A stretch of DNA of 61,908 nucleotides, the filler included, from Candidatus Delongbacteria bacterium (GTDB lineage: Bacteria > UBA4055), in the NCBI GenBank assembly GCA_016937995.1. It is 6 parts of 6 records of this genome, joined end to end, with 100 filler letters (N's around TTAATTAATTAA, not from the genome) between each part and the next. Parts side by side here need not be neighbours in the genome. Positions count along the whole stretch, not along the records: positions 46,548 to 61,908 come from JAFGVM010000064.1; 5 more parts are not named here. One strand, 5' to 3'. The notes beneath the pieces were generated by a model. It did not search any database, had not been told where the DNA came from, and worked only from the letters and a program-made list of their open reading frames with translations. Position 1 is the first letter of the stretch, and each line of letters starts with the position of its first letter. Position numbers and translations under genes: made by a program. Shown one piece after another: positions 49,475 to 58,966 of the stretch.

Positions 49475-51145
49475 ATGAAAAAAATCAAAGTTAACTGTAT
49501 AAATACGTCTTCCGCTAAACATGTTGAATTTGGTACGACTTTAAAAGAGCTAGTAGAAATATTCAAACCTCACTTGAAATATCCAATACTCGGAGCTTAC
49601 GTAAATAATTGTTTAAAGGACCTGTCTTACATGGTAAGCAGCTTTATAGATGTTGAATATTTTGATATTACAAATCAGGATGGGATGAGAATGTACATCC
49701 GTTCACTGAATTTCGTACTTTATAAAGCAGTAAAAGATATTTTACCAAAACAGTCTAAACTACATATTCTTCATGCTGTTTCAAAGGGGTATTACTGTGA
49801 TATCCGTGATCCGGGTATTAGAAAGCCGATATCTGAAATAATTCTGGAATTGAAAAAAAGAATGATCGAAATAATCAGGGAAGATCTTGATTTTGTCAAA
49901 TACAAGACTAAAACTGAGCAGGCTATAAAGGTATTCAATAAAACAGGTCTGGATGATAAGAAACTATTACTCTCTCAAAGAAAAAGGATCTACACCTCTG
50001 TTTATAAGATGGATGGTGCAATAAATTATTTACATGGTAATCTCGTACCTTCCACCGGATATCTAAAAACATTCAATTTAGTAAGTTACTATGATGGTAT
50101 GCTTCTTCAGGTACCTTCATTAGAAGATCCGTCAAAAACAGAGAAAAAAGTAAATCAAAAGCAGTTGTTCGAAGTTTTCAAAGAGCATAAAGCCTGGCTG
50201 CAGTTACTGGATATTGAAAATGTTGGGAAATTAAATAATTATATCGAAAACAAAGATCAAGGCAATCTTATCAAGATAGCTGAGGCTCTACATGCAAAAA
50301 AGATCGGAAAAATTGCAGATAAAATTGTCAGGTCAAGATCAAAGATCAAAGTAGTTCTTATTTCAGGACCATCAGCTTCAGGAAAGACAACATTTTCAAA
50401 AAGATTAAGTATACAACTTCAGGTATCAGGACTGAAACCTGTTGTGATCTCACTTGATAATTATTTTGTTAACAGAGATAAAACACCTATTGATAAGAAC
50501 GGTGAATATGATTTTGAGTCACTGCAGGCTATTGATATTAAACTATTTAACAAGCACCTGGTCGATCTCATCAAAGGTAAGAAAGTGACAATCCCAAGAT
50601 TCGATTTTCATCATGGGCACCGTGATGAAAACGGGGATGAATTACAGTTGGGTGAGAACAGTATTATCATAATTGAAGGTATTCATGGTTTAAATCCCGG
50701 ACTTACTCCTTCTGTTGAAAACCGTAGTAAATTCAAAATATACGTTTCAGCTTTAACTCAAGTATCAATTGACAGACATAACAGGATCAATACTACTGAT
50801 AATAGACTTTTACGCAGAATGATAAGAGATCATAACTACAGGAACCATTCTGCTTTACAGACATTGAAGAGATGGCCAAGTGTAAGAGCTGGGGAGGAAA
50901 AAAATATATTCCCGTATCAGGAGGAAGCGGATATTATGTTCAATTCTTCTTTACTTTATGAATTTTGTGTTTTAAAGAGTATGGCAGAACCATTAATAAA
51001 CGAGATACCTGAGAATGTAAAAGAATATGCAGAAGCTCTAAGGTTGTTAAAGTTTTTATCTTTTTTCTTACCAATTTCTAAAGAACAAATCCCTCAGACT
51101 TCAATACTACGCGAGTTCATAGGTGGTTCAAGTTATGATTACTAG
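49475..51145 (+). CDS. Nucleoside (uridine) kinase with ThrRS-like N-terminal region
   Basis: GPSASGKTT, SLDNYF, IEGIHGLN and RLLRRMIRD motifs. Confidence 0.9.
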   Translation: MKKIKVNCINTSSAKHVEFGTTLKELVEIFKPHLKYPILGAYVNNCLKDLSYMVSSFIDVEYFDITNQDGMRMYIRSLNFVLYKAVKDILPKQSKLHILHAVSKGYYCDIRDPGIRKPISEIILELKKRMIEIIREDLDFVKYKTKTEQAIKVFNKTGLDDKKLLLSQRKRIYTSVYKMDGAINYLHGNLVPSTGYLKTFNLVSYYDGMLLQVPSLEDPSKTEKKVNQKQLFEVFKEHKAWLQLLDIENVGKLNNYIENKDQGNLIKIAEALHAKKIGKIADKIVRSRSKIKVVLISGPSASGKTTFSKRLSIQLQVSGLKPVVISLDNYFVNRDKTPIDKNGEYDFESLQAIDIKLFNKHLVDLIKGKKVTIPRFDFHHGHRDENGDELQLGENSIIIIEGIHGLNPGLTPSVENRSKFKIYVSALTQVSIDRHNRINTTDNRLLRRMIRDHNYRNHSALQTLKRWPSVRAGEEKNIFPYQEEADIMFNSSLLYEFCVLKSMAEPLINEIPENVKEYAEALRLLKFLSFFLPISKEQIPQTSILREFIGGSSYDY

Positions 51146-51166
51146 AATCAAAATGAAGGAAGAATT

Positions 51167-51508
51167 ATGACCAGATCACTTAAAGCGGTATTGTTTTCAG
51201 CATTTATATTTCCTGGTGCGGGTCATTTTCTGCTAAAAAAATATTACAGGGGTATTACTTTTTTAGTATTGACCGCATTCTCACTTTATCTGATGATATC
51301 AGGAACAATTGAAAGGGCATTTATAATTCTTGAAAAAATAGAACAGGGAGAAGTTCAGCCTGATGTAAATTCAATTTTAAATTTAGTGATGCAACAACCA
51401 AATCCAGCTGAGGCTCAACTGATCCATACAGGTTTCTGGTTATTGATATTTTTATGGATTGTGGGGATAATTGATTCTTATAGAATTACAAGGATGCAAA
51501 ACAAATAA
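51167..51508 (+). CDS. Small membrane protein
   Basis: SAFIFPGAGH and W..GIIDSY motifs with TM helices. Confidence 0.75.
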   Translation: MTRSLKAVLFSAFIFPGAGHFLLKKYYRGITFLVLTAFSLYLMISGTIERAFIILEKIEQGEVQPDVNSILNLVMQQPNPAEAQLIHTGFWLLIFLWIVGIIDSYRITRMQNK

Positions 51509-51524
51509 GTGACTGGAAAGCATT

Positions 51525-51989
51525 ATGTTAAATAACGATATTTTAAGAAGAATTAGATATACTTTTGATCTTGAAGATTCTCAAATGATAAATATCTTCG
51601 GCTTAGCTGATCTTGAAGTTACAAGAGCACAGATCAGTGACTGGATGAAGAAAGATGAAGATGAAGATTATAAAGCTATTAACGATAAAACATTTGCAAC
51701 TTTCTTAAATGGATTTATCAATTTCAAAAGAGGAAAGAGGGAAGGGGAACAACCTGAACCCGAGAAAAAGCTTACTAATAATCTTATTTTGATGAAATTG
51801 AAGATAGCCTTGAACTTGAAAAATGAAGATATTTTAAAAGTATTAGAAAGTAGTGATATGAAAATGAGTAAGCATGAACTGAGTGCTTTTTTTAGAAAAC
51901 CAGGGCATAAAAATTATAAAGAATGCAAAGATCAAATTCTGAGGAATTTTTTAAAGGGGATTCAACTTAAATTTCGTGGTGAAAATTAA
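51525..51989 (+). CDS. DUF1456 (YehS-like) protein
   Basis: NNDILRRIRY, FLNGFI..KRG and DQILRNFL.G motifs. Confidence 0.88.
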   Translation: MLNNDILRRIRYTFDLEDSQMINIFGLADLEVTRAQISDWMKKDEDEDYKAINDKTFATFLNGFINFKRGKREGEQPEPEKKLTNNLILMKLKIALNLKNEDILKVLESSDMKMSKHELSAFFRKPGHKNYKECKDQILRNFLKGIQLKFRGEN

Positions 51990-52032
51990 GTTTAGGTATG
52001 AGGTATAAAGTATGAGGTATCAGATCGCTCAA

Positions 52033-52383
52033 TTACTTTGAATTTTTCTTTTTCATTGTGAGTATTGAAGAAGATATCATTTTTTGTAATTCATTTAAAT
52101 TACTGGTTAAAGAATCAAATTCATTCTGAGTAATATATTCTGTTTTGTGTAAAATAATTAACCAATATTCTGTTTCACTAGCTTCTTTTTGAGAAATAGC
52201 CAATTTATGGATAAAATCAGAAGTGCTTTCAGCATGCTTACTTTCTCTAATATTCGCACCAATTGAAGTTCCGCTTCGTAACAATTGTTTTGAAATTACA
52301 TACTCTGATTTTTTATTTTTTAATAATTTTCATAGATTCACAATTCTAATAGCAAAACTTAAACTCTTTTCTTATAAGACCAT
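52033..52383 (-). pseudogene. Four-helix-bundle (23S rRNA IVS protein-like) pseudogene
   Basis: ATG at 52383 behind a GAGG RBS gives MVL*EKSLSFAIRIVNL*K...KQLLRSGTSIGANIRES, with in-frame TAA (52372-74) and TGA (52330-32). Confidence 0.8.
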
Positions 52384-52456
52384 AATTACCTCAATATTAT
52401 ATTTTCATGTTTAAATTTTTATCTATTTTAATCCTTTGACTTTAACTCATATCTCA

Positions 52457-55400
52457 TCACTTGTTTATCAGGTAACCACCTTCTTCACCAGATCCATGTC
52501 CGAGTTCAATACTTTTTCCTGCACAAGAGATCACATCGCGGTCATGCTCAGTGATAACAATTGTATTGTCTTTTACGAGTTTTTCAAATGAATGTAGAAG
52601 TATTTCAATATCTTTGAGGTCAAGACCTGCAGATGGTTCATCTATGACAATGAAATTATCGTTAGGATTCTTAAGCAGTTCTTTGATGATAACCAGCCGT
52701 TTTCTCTGCCACACCGAGAGAGTCGTAAATTTTCTGTTCAGAGAAATATTCTTTACTCCGAGGTCTTTGAAGTATTTATTCAACTTGGTCAGCTGAGTAT
52801 TATTAATTATTCTTGAGAGTTCTTCTGTAGGTAGATCAAGCAGTTCTGAAATATTCTTATCAGAGAGTTTTTGTTCAAGTATCTCAGGTTTGTACTTCTG
52901 TCCTTCGCAGACTGAGCAGACCTTATCAGTTTCTCTTAAGAAATCAAGATTCCCTTTGATATAACCTTTTCCCTGACAGGCAGGGCAATAGCTGCTTGAA
53001 GAAGTGAAGACAGCTTTCTTAACTTTGTTGGATTTAGCCAGCTTGTCCATGATAATATTATTCATTTCAAAGAAAGAGCCTACAGTGATTGAGGAATAAT
53101 GATCATCAGCTATAATTACATTATCGAATTCGCCTTCAACTGACCTGCAGCCTGTGATATTGTTCTTTAATGACTCTGCAAGAACTTTAAAGACAAGAGT
53201 TGATTTTCCACTTCCGCATGGTCCGTGAACTATATTTAAAGTATTATAGGAGAAGTCCACATCGATATCCTTCAAATTGTGCAGATAAGCACCTTTAACT
53301 GAGAAAGTTCTCTCTCCATGAGGAAATACTCGTTTATGCGGAGAATTGATGCTCTTGTAGGTTTTAGCGATATTATCGTATTTTATCTTTCCGTCTTCAA
53401 GCTCAACAACATTATCTGCTGCTGAAACAAATCTTTCTTTAGGATCAGATATTATAACTGTGTTGCCGAGGTCTTTGAGTTCTTTTAGCGCTTCAGTGAT
53501 CAGATGTTCTTCTTTATAATAAAGTCCGTTTGCAGGTTCATCAAGTATGTACATAATATCAGTGATCTTTTCTTCTGCAAGCATAGCCAGTCTGAGCCTC
53601 TGCTTTTCACCCGATGAAAGAGTGTTATATGATCTGTTTAAAGAGATATAACCAAGACTGAATTTGGAGAGTCTGTTCAGTTTATTCAGTATCTTAGATG
53701 TTAGAGATTCACTGTTTTTGAGCTTCAAGTCTTCAAAGAAAGCTATTGAATGCTTAACGCTATTTTCAGTGAGATCGCTTATGGACAGGTTGTTTATCTT
53801 ATAGCTGAGTGCCGTTTCATTTAGCCGTTTTCCGCCACAGACCGGACATTCTTTCTCAACCATCAGAGTTTCAAAGTTCTTCTTCTTTAAATTATTCAGA
53901 TTGATCAGATAATCTTCTTTGATCAGATTCGCAAAGCCTTTCCAAACCGTTTTGAACTTGTGAACTCCTTTACGGTTAGCTCTCTCGTAAGCCCAGTTGA
54001 CATCGTATCCAATATTTCCGGTACCGTTAAAAATGATATCAAGTTCTTTCTCTGAGTAATCATGAAGTTTTTTCTCCGGTACGATGTTATGTTGTTCAAA
54101 CACGGTGTACAAGGTTGCCAGATATTGACCGGTAATTTCAGAGAAGAATTTCCCGGGCTTGCTTCCGTTCATGGCGCCTGCTTCGATCGAAAGATCAAAG
54201 TCCGCCACTCTGTTAATGTCAACTTCGTCTGTTATTCCTCTTCCGCTGCAGTTCTGACAGGCACCGTTTATGTGCAGGAATGAAAACAATGAATTATTCT
54301 TCTGATGCTCCGGCAGAACTTTGTCAGCAGTGCTGAACCGTGAGTAAAGCAATCTGTAAAGTTCGTAGATCCCGCTTACCTGTGCAAATGATATTCTATC
54401 AGCCCTATTTTTTTCCTGAGATAGCGATATCGCAGGACTCAGATTTCGGATCGACTTGAATTCACCTTTTGAAGAAGTGCCTATGAACTGCCTCGCATAA
54501 GCTGAAAGTGATGACAGATATAAATTATTCGCTTCATTGAAAAGAGTATCGTTGATCAGGCTTGTTTTACCCGCTCCTTCACCGCCTTTAACGAGAGTGA
54601 TCTTATTCTTTTCTATCTCAAGGTTTATATTTTTCAAATTATTTGTAGAAACATCTTCAAGTATGATCTTATCTGAGATAATATTATCTATTTGTCGAAT
54701 TTTATTGTCAAGATCGAATATTTTTGCGGTCAGTGATCTTTTGCAGTTAAGAATACCCTTGACTAAACCCTGATACAGAACTTCACCGCCTTTATCTCCG
54801 GCTCCGGGACCTAGATCAACAATATGGTCTGACTGGGAAATGAAATACGCATCATGCTCAATAGCTATGATAGTATTGCCGACCTTACATATAGCATCAA
54901 GGTTCTTCAGCAGTATTTTTGTATCGAACATTGAAAGACCGGTCGTAGGTTCATCAAGAAGTATGAGGTTGTTCTTAGCATTTGTTTCGAGATAGGCAGA
55001 GAGTTTTAACCTCTTAGCTTCACCGCCAGACAAAGTTGAAGTCGGCTGACCGAGCTTCAGATATCCCAGTCCGAGCCTGTTTAAAATATCAAGCTTTGAG
55101 AAAATTTTCTTTTCATGCCTGAAGAATTCGCAAGCTTCAGAAATCTCAAGTTCAAGCACATCATAAATGCTTTTTCCGTTGAATTTAATTTTAAGGACAT
55201 CATCGTGGAATCTTTTGCTGTTGCAGCTGCTGCAGGTCAGTTTAATATTGTCAAGGAAGTGCATTGTGATCTCAGTTTCACCTTTTCCGAGACATTCTTC
55301 ACATCTGCCAGTTCCTGTGTTGAATGAGAAAGCTGTTGCATGCATAGAGTCAGGGAGTTTTGAGTATAGATTCCGTATATCGTCAAAAATACCGGTATAG

Positions 55401-57022
55401 GTTGCAGCATTTGATCTTGAGTTCTTTCCCGGCTGCTTCGCATCGATCTCTACAACATTCTTGAATTTTTTAGCGACCACTCCGCTGACAAGACTTGATT
55501 TCCCTGCTCCGGATACTCCTGTGACCACATTGAGACTGTTAAGCCTAAAATCAGCATCAATATTCTTCAGATTATTTAAATTTGCACTCTTGACTGAGAA
55601 ATATTCTGCTTTGTCTGATGTAGGTTCTTTGAAAGATATTTTACTGTTCAACTCTTTATATGTTACGCTGTCTTTAGCATTGAAGTCGGAAGCTTTTCCG
55701 CAGAATAATAATTTACCACCGAGATAACCTGCTCCAGGACCGATATCAATAATATGATCTGCTGCTAAAATAGTTTCCTTATCATGCTCAACGACAATGA
55801 CTGAATTCCCTCTGCTGACAAGTTCTCTGAAGACTGAAATGAGCTTAAAATTGTCAGTTCCGTGAAGACCAATGGAAGGTTCATCGAAAATATACATTAT
55901 GCCTGACATTTTACTGTCGAGTACGGCAGCAATTCTTAATCTCTGAGATTCGCCGCCGGATAGGGTATTCGATCTTCTTTCAGGAGTAAGATAACCTAAT
56001 CCCAGACTGATCAGAACTTCGCACTTTTTGAGAATAGCTGAGATTATCTCTTTCTGAACTTCATCAGTTGAATTTATAGCTGTGAAAAAATCATTTAACT
56101 CTGAGAATGTTCTGCCTGTGTAATATGGAAAGTTCTTGTTATCGAAAGTAACCTGCAAAGACTCCTTTTTCAATCCTGAACCGTTACAATGAGAACAGGT
56201 CTTTGAGGAAACGAATTTAAGTATATTTTTATTCCGATCTCGCTTAAGTATCTCTGACATTATAGGAATAATACCTTTATAGTATCCTTCATCTCTCGGT
56301 TTTGCAGTAATCCCCACCCATTTCATCCTCGATTCAAGAGTATGCTTGCCAAAGGCTATTTTTATCTTATCACTACCGTGAAAGATAACGTTTCTCTGAT
56401 AATCAGTTAGTTCATTGAAAGGGATATCTACATTGAATCCTTCACTTTCACATACCTGGTTAAGCACATCAATTGTTACCTGAGAATAAATGGTATATCC
56501 ATCTTTCAAAGTAATTTTGAGAGCTCTGTCCCTGAGTGACTTTGTTTCATCTTCGATAAGAAGTTTTTCCTCGATATATTCCTCTTCTCCAAGGCCGTTA
56601 CAATTCGGGCATTGACCTACATGATTATTGAATGAGAACATTCCCCGGGAGAGTTTGATACTTTCAGGGCTTTTACCGCATCTTGCGAACAATAGTCGTA
56701 ACAGGTCTGTTATGCCGCTCAGAGTTCCTGCAGTAGATCTCAGGTCACCTGTAATAGTTTTCTGCTTGATCGATACAACAGGTCTTATTCCTGATATTTC
56801 TGCATCAACTTCACCGGTCTTAGCAAGATACTGCCTGGCATAAACAGAAAAAGATTCAAAGAATCGTTTGTTCGCTTCCTTTTCAATTATATCAGCAACA
56901 AGGCTTGATTTTCCTGATCCTGAAACACCTGTGATGCATACGAATTTGTTGTGCGGGATTTCTACCGAGAAATCTTTTAGATTGTGAATATTTGCGTTTT
57001 TTATTTTAAGATATTTTGCCAT
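52457..57022 (-). CDS. uvrA: Double-length UvrA-family ABC ATPase (four nucleotide-binding domains)
   Basis: Walker A GVSGSGKS, GVSGAGKS, GGEGAGKT and GPCGSGKS; FSFN...CxxC zinc fingers; LSGGE/DEP motifs. Confidence 0.85.
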   Translation of the reverse strand: MAKYLKIKNANIHNLKDFSVEIPHNKFVCITGVSGSGKSSLVADIIEKEANKRFFESFSVYARQYLAKTGEVDAEISGIRPVVSIKQKTITGDLRSTAGTLSGITDLLRLLFARCGKSPESIKLSRGMFSFNNHVGQCPNCNGLGEEEYIEEKLLIEDETKSLRDRALKITLKDGYTIYSQVTIDVLNQVCESEGFNVDIPFNELTDYQRNVIFHGSDKIKIAFGKHTLESRMKWVGITAKPRDEGYYKGIIPIMSEILKRDRNKNILKFVSSKTCSHCNGSGLKKESLQVTFDNKNFPYYTGRTFSELNDFFTAINSTDEVQKEIISAILKKCEVLISLGLGYLTPERRSNTLSGGESQRLRIAAVLDSKMSGIMYIFDEPSIGLHGTDNFKLISVFRELVSRGNSVIVVEHDKETILAADHIIDIGPGAGYLGGKLLFCGKASDFNAKDSVTYKELNSKISFKEPTSDKAEYFSVKSANLNNLKNIDADFRLNSLNVVTGVSGAGKSSLVSGVVAKKFKNVVEIDAKQPGKNSRSNAATYTGIFDDIRNLYSKLPDSMHATAFSFNTGTGRCEECLGKGETEITMHFLDNIKLTCSSCNSKRFHDDVLKIKFNGKSIYDVLELEISEACEFFRHEKKIFSKLDILNRLGLGYLKLGQPTSTLSGGEAKRLKLSAYLETNAKNNLILLDEPTTGLSMFDTKILLKNLDAICKVGNTIIAIEHDAYFISQSDHIVDLGPGAGDKGGEVLYQGLVKGILNCKRSLTAKIFDLDNKIRQIDNIISDKIILEDVSTNNLKNINLEIEKNKITLVKGGEGAGKTSLINDTLFNEANNLYLSSLSAYARQFIGTSSKGEFKSIRNLSPAISLSQEKNRADRISFAQVSGIYELYRLLYSRFSTADKVLPEHQKNNSLFSFLHINGACQNCSGRGITDEVDINRVADFDLSIEAGAMNGSKPGKFFSEITGQYLATLYTVFEQHNIVPEKKLHDYSEKELDIIFNGTGNIGYDVNWAYERANRKGVHKFKTVWKGFANLIKEDYLINLNNLKKKNFETLMVEKECPVCGGKRLNETALSYKINNLSISDLTENSVKHSIAFFEDLKLKNSESLTSKILNKLNRLSKFSLGYISLNRSYNTLSSGEKQRLRLAMLAEEKITDIMYILDEPANGLYYKEEHLITEALKELKDLGNTVIISDPKERFVSAADNVVELEDGKIKYDNIAKTYKSINSPHKRVFPHGERTFSVKGAYLHNLKDIDVDFSYNTLNIVHGPCGSGKSTLVFKVLAESLKNNITGCRSVEGEFDNVIIADDHYSSITVGSFFEMNNIIMDKLAKSNKVKKAVFTSSSSYCPACQGKGYIKGNLDFLRETDKVCSVCEGQKYKPEILEQKLSDKNISELLDLPTEELSRIINNTQLTKLNKYFKDLGVKNISLNRKFTTLSVWQRKRLVIIKELLKNPNDNFIVIDEPSAGLDLKDIEILLHSFEKLVKDNTIVITEHDRDVISCAGKSIELGHGSGEEGGYLINK

Positions 57023-57023
57023 A

Positions 57024-57466
57024 TTATTCTTTTATAAATTTCCACTTTTTCCCACAATTATAACAGTAATTATATTTCTTAAATAACGGAAGAATTATTC
57101 TCAAAAAAAACAACATATAGGTGAATTTAGATCCATTTGAATGAACGATATATTATTTGATTTACAAAAAGGACATATGTAAATAGTAGTATTTTTTTTG
57201 GTGATAATTTGTTCAATTTTTTCTTTATTATCATTTTCTTTATCCGGTATAAAACCTACTTCTTTCAATATTTCTTTAGCTTTATTAAAATCTTTTTCAG
57301 TTACTTGTAATTTAACTCCACCCACTGCATTTGAATAAAAATTATTGGCTTGTATTGTCATTTCATCTTTTAGAAAAGTAGGGATTTCATGAGAGTCTAA
57401 AAGTGCTTTAACAGGATGAGCTTCATGAGGGTATGTAAATATCAATATCGTTTTCCAGTTTGTCAT
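57024..57466 (-). pseudogene. DUF2007-like protein with C-terminal zinc ribbon, split by a -1 frameshift
   Basis: Frame 0 ends after CPFC...; the -1 frame continues ...FFLRIILPLFKKYNYCYNCGKKWKFIKE* and stops 1 nt before the uvrA ATG. Confidence 0.7.
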
Positions 57467-57501
57467 TTTATTGCGCCCCGGTGCTTTAATATGAATTTAG
57501 A

Positions 57502-58818
57502 TTATTTAAATTTAATGTCATGAATATTTGAAACAGCGTACGCAGGAATAGACATGATTTTATCATAGATCCCATAATTTTCTCCTGAGAACCTTATTCC
57601 CAAATCGAGATCTCGTTCCTTTAGAAACAGATGAAGACTTTGCATAGCTCCCCTTGTTCCTGCTTTAACTTCTATAGGAATTATTTTCCCGGCAATAGAG
57701 ATGATATAATCAATTTCAGCATTACTGCCTCTCATTTCTCTGTGCCAGTAAAAGATCTCAGGTCTGACTCTTGGATTTCCTGACGAAATTAACTCATTAT
57801 AAACATATAATTCTGCTAATGCACCTTTGTTTATCAGACTATTGTAATCTTGTACTACAAAAACTGACAGGTCAAGTTTTGAAATTCTCTGATATATTCC
57901 TGTGTCAAAAATCGCGACTTTAAATTTATTGTTTTTTATTTGTGCCCCTAAAGGTAACCCTCTTGCTGATGTGTGAAATATCTTATATGCAATTCCTGCT
58001 TGTACTAACAGTTCAAGAGCATTTTTATATGTTGTATATTTATCGTTGGAAATATTAGAATATTTGAATTTTCCACCTGCCTGAAAAGCAATAGATTTGA
58101 AAACTTCATCCAGTATCAGAGGAGATGTTCTTCCCTTGTATTTTGCAAAGTCATCTATATAACCCATTATTATATTATCAAGAATTTTCTGGCATTGCAA
58201 TATATCATTGGTTCTTACATAGGTTTTAACTACTTCAGGCATACCTCCAATTATTTGAAAAACTTTCAGATGGTCTAAAAGTCTGTTATGAAACACATCA
58301 TCAATAGGATTATCAACTCCGGATTGCTTAATTAAAACACTCAAATCTTTTGATCCAACAGCCTGTAGGTATTCAAAAAAGTTCATAGGATAAATGAACA
58401 CAGATTCAATCCTGCCAACTCCATAAGAGGGGATTTCAGCTAGAGCAAATTCCAGTAAAGAGCCGGCTGCGATAACATGTAATTCCGGTAGTTTCTCATA
58501 AAAGAATCTTAAAGCCCTTATCGCATCAGGATTTGCCTGAATTTCATCAAAAAAAAGAAGTGTTTTACCAGGAATAATGGAATGCTGATAATACAGAGAA
58601 AGTTTTTTAATAATTTCCTGTGGATTGAGTGAAGCTGTAAAAAAATTATGGATATCCCTGTCTTCTTCCAAATTAACTTCAAGGAAATCGTTGAACTTTT
58701 TTCCCAGTTCCCGAATACTAAAAGTTTTTCCTACCTGTCTCGCTCCTCGAACCAATAAGACTTTTCTGTCTTTCCGATCTTTCCAATCGAGTAAATATTT
58801 TTCAATATTTCTGATCAT
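57502..58818 (-). CDS. AAA+ ATPase (AAA_14 + DUF4143 with PD-(D/E)xK tail)
   Basis: GARQVGKT, FFDEIQ, GGMPE and EIDY...IPIEVK motifs; GAGGTG RBS before ATG 58818. Confidence 0.9.
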   Translation of the reverse strand: MIRNIEKYLLDWKDRKDRKVLLVRGARQVGKTFSIRELGKKFNDFLEVNLEEDRDIHNFFTASLNPQEIIKKLSLYYQHSIIPGKTLLFFDEIQANPDAIRALRFFYEKLPELHVIAAGSLLEFALAEIPSYGVGRIESVFIYPMNFFEYLQAVGSKDLSVLIKQSGVDNPIDDVFHNRLLDHLKVFQIIGGMPEVVKTYVRTNDILQCQKILDNIIMGYIDDFAKYKGRTSPLILDEVFKSIAFQAGGKFKYSNISNDKYTTYKNALELLVQAGIAYKIFHTSARGLPLGAQIKNNKFKVAIFDTGIYQRISKLDLSVFVVQDYNSLINKGALAELYVYNELISSGNPRVRPEIFYWHREMRGSNAEIDYIISIAGKIIPIEVKAGTRGAMQSLHLFLKERDLDLGIRFSGENYGIYDKIMSIPAYAVSNIHDIKFK

Positions 58819-58865
58819 TAAACACCTCATTGTATGATGACATGAATAATATAAGTACAAACCGA

Positions 58866-58946
58866 AGAAAAGTCAAGGCATATAACCGATTAAAACGCAG
58901 AAAAGTCAAGGCAGACAAACAATCAATTCAAAGAATAGTCAAGGCA
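58866..58946. repeat. Three 15-bp direct repeats (AGAAWAGTCAAGGCA) with 33-bp period
   Basis: Copies start at 58866, 58899 and 58932, upstream of the ATPase. Confidence 0.85.
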
Positions 58947-58966
58947 AAAAAACGAATTAATTAGGG

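Noticed and set aside
52330-52332. Selenocysteine codon in the four-helix-bundle gene
   Set aside because: A TAA also interrupts the frame upstream and the position is not in a redox motif.
58866-58946. Mini CRISPR array
   Set aside because: 15-bp repeats and 18-bp spacers are too short, and there are no cas genes in the window.
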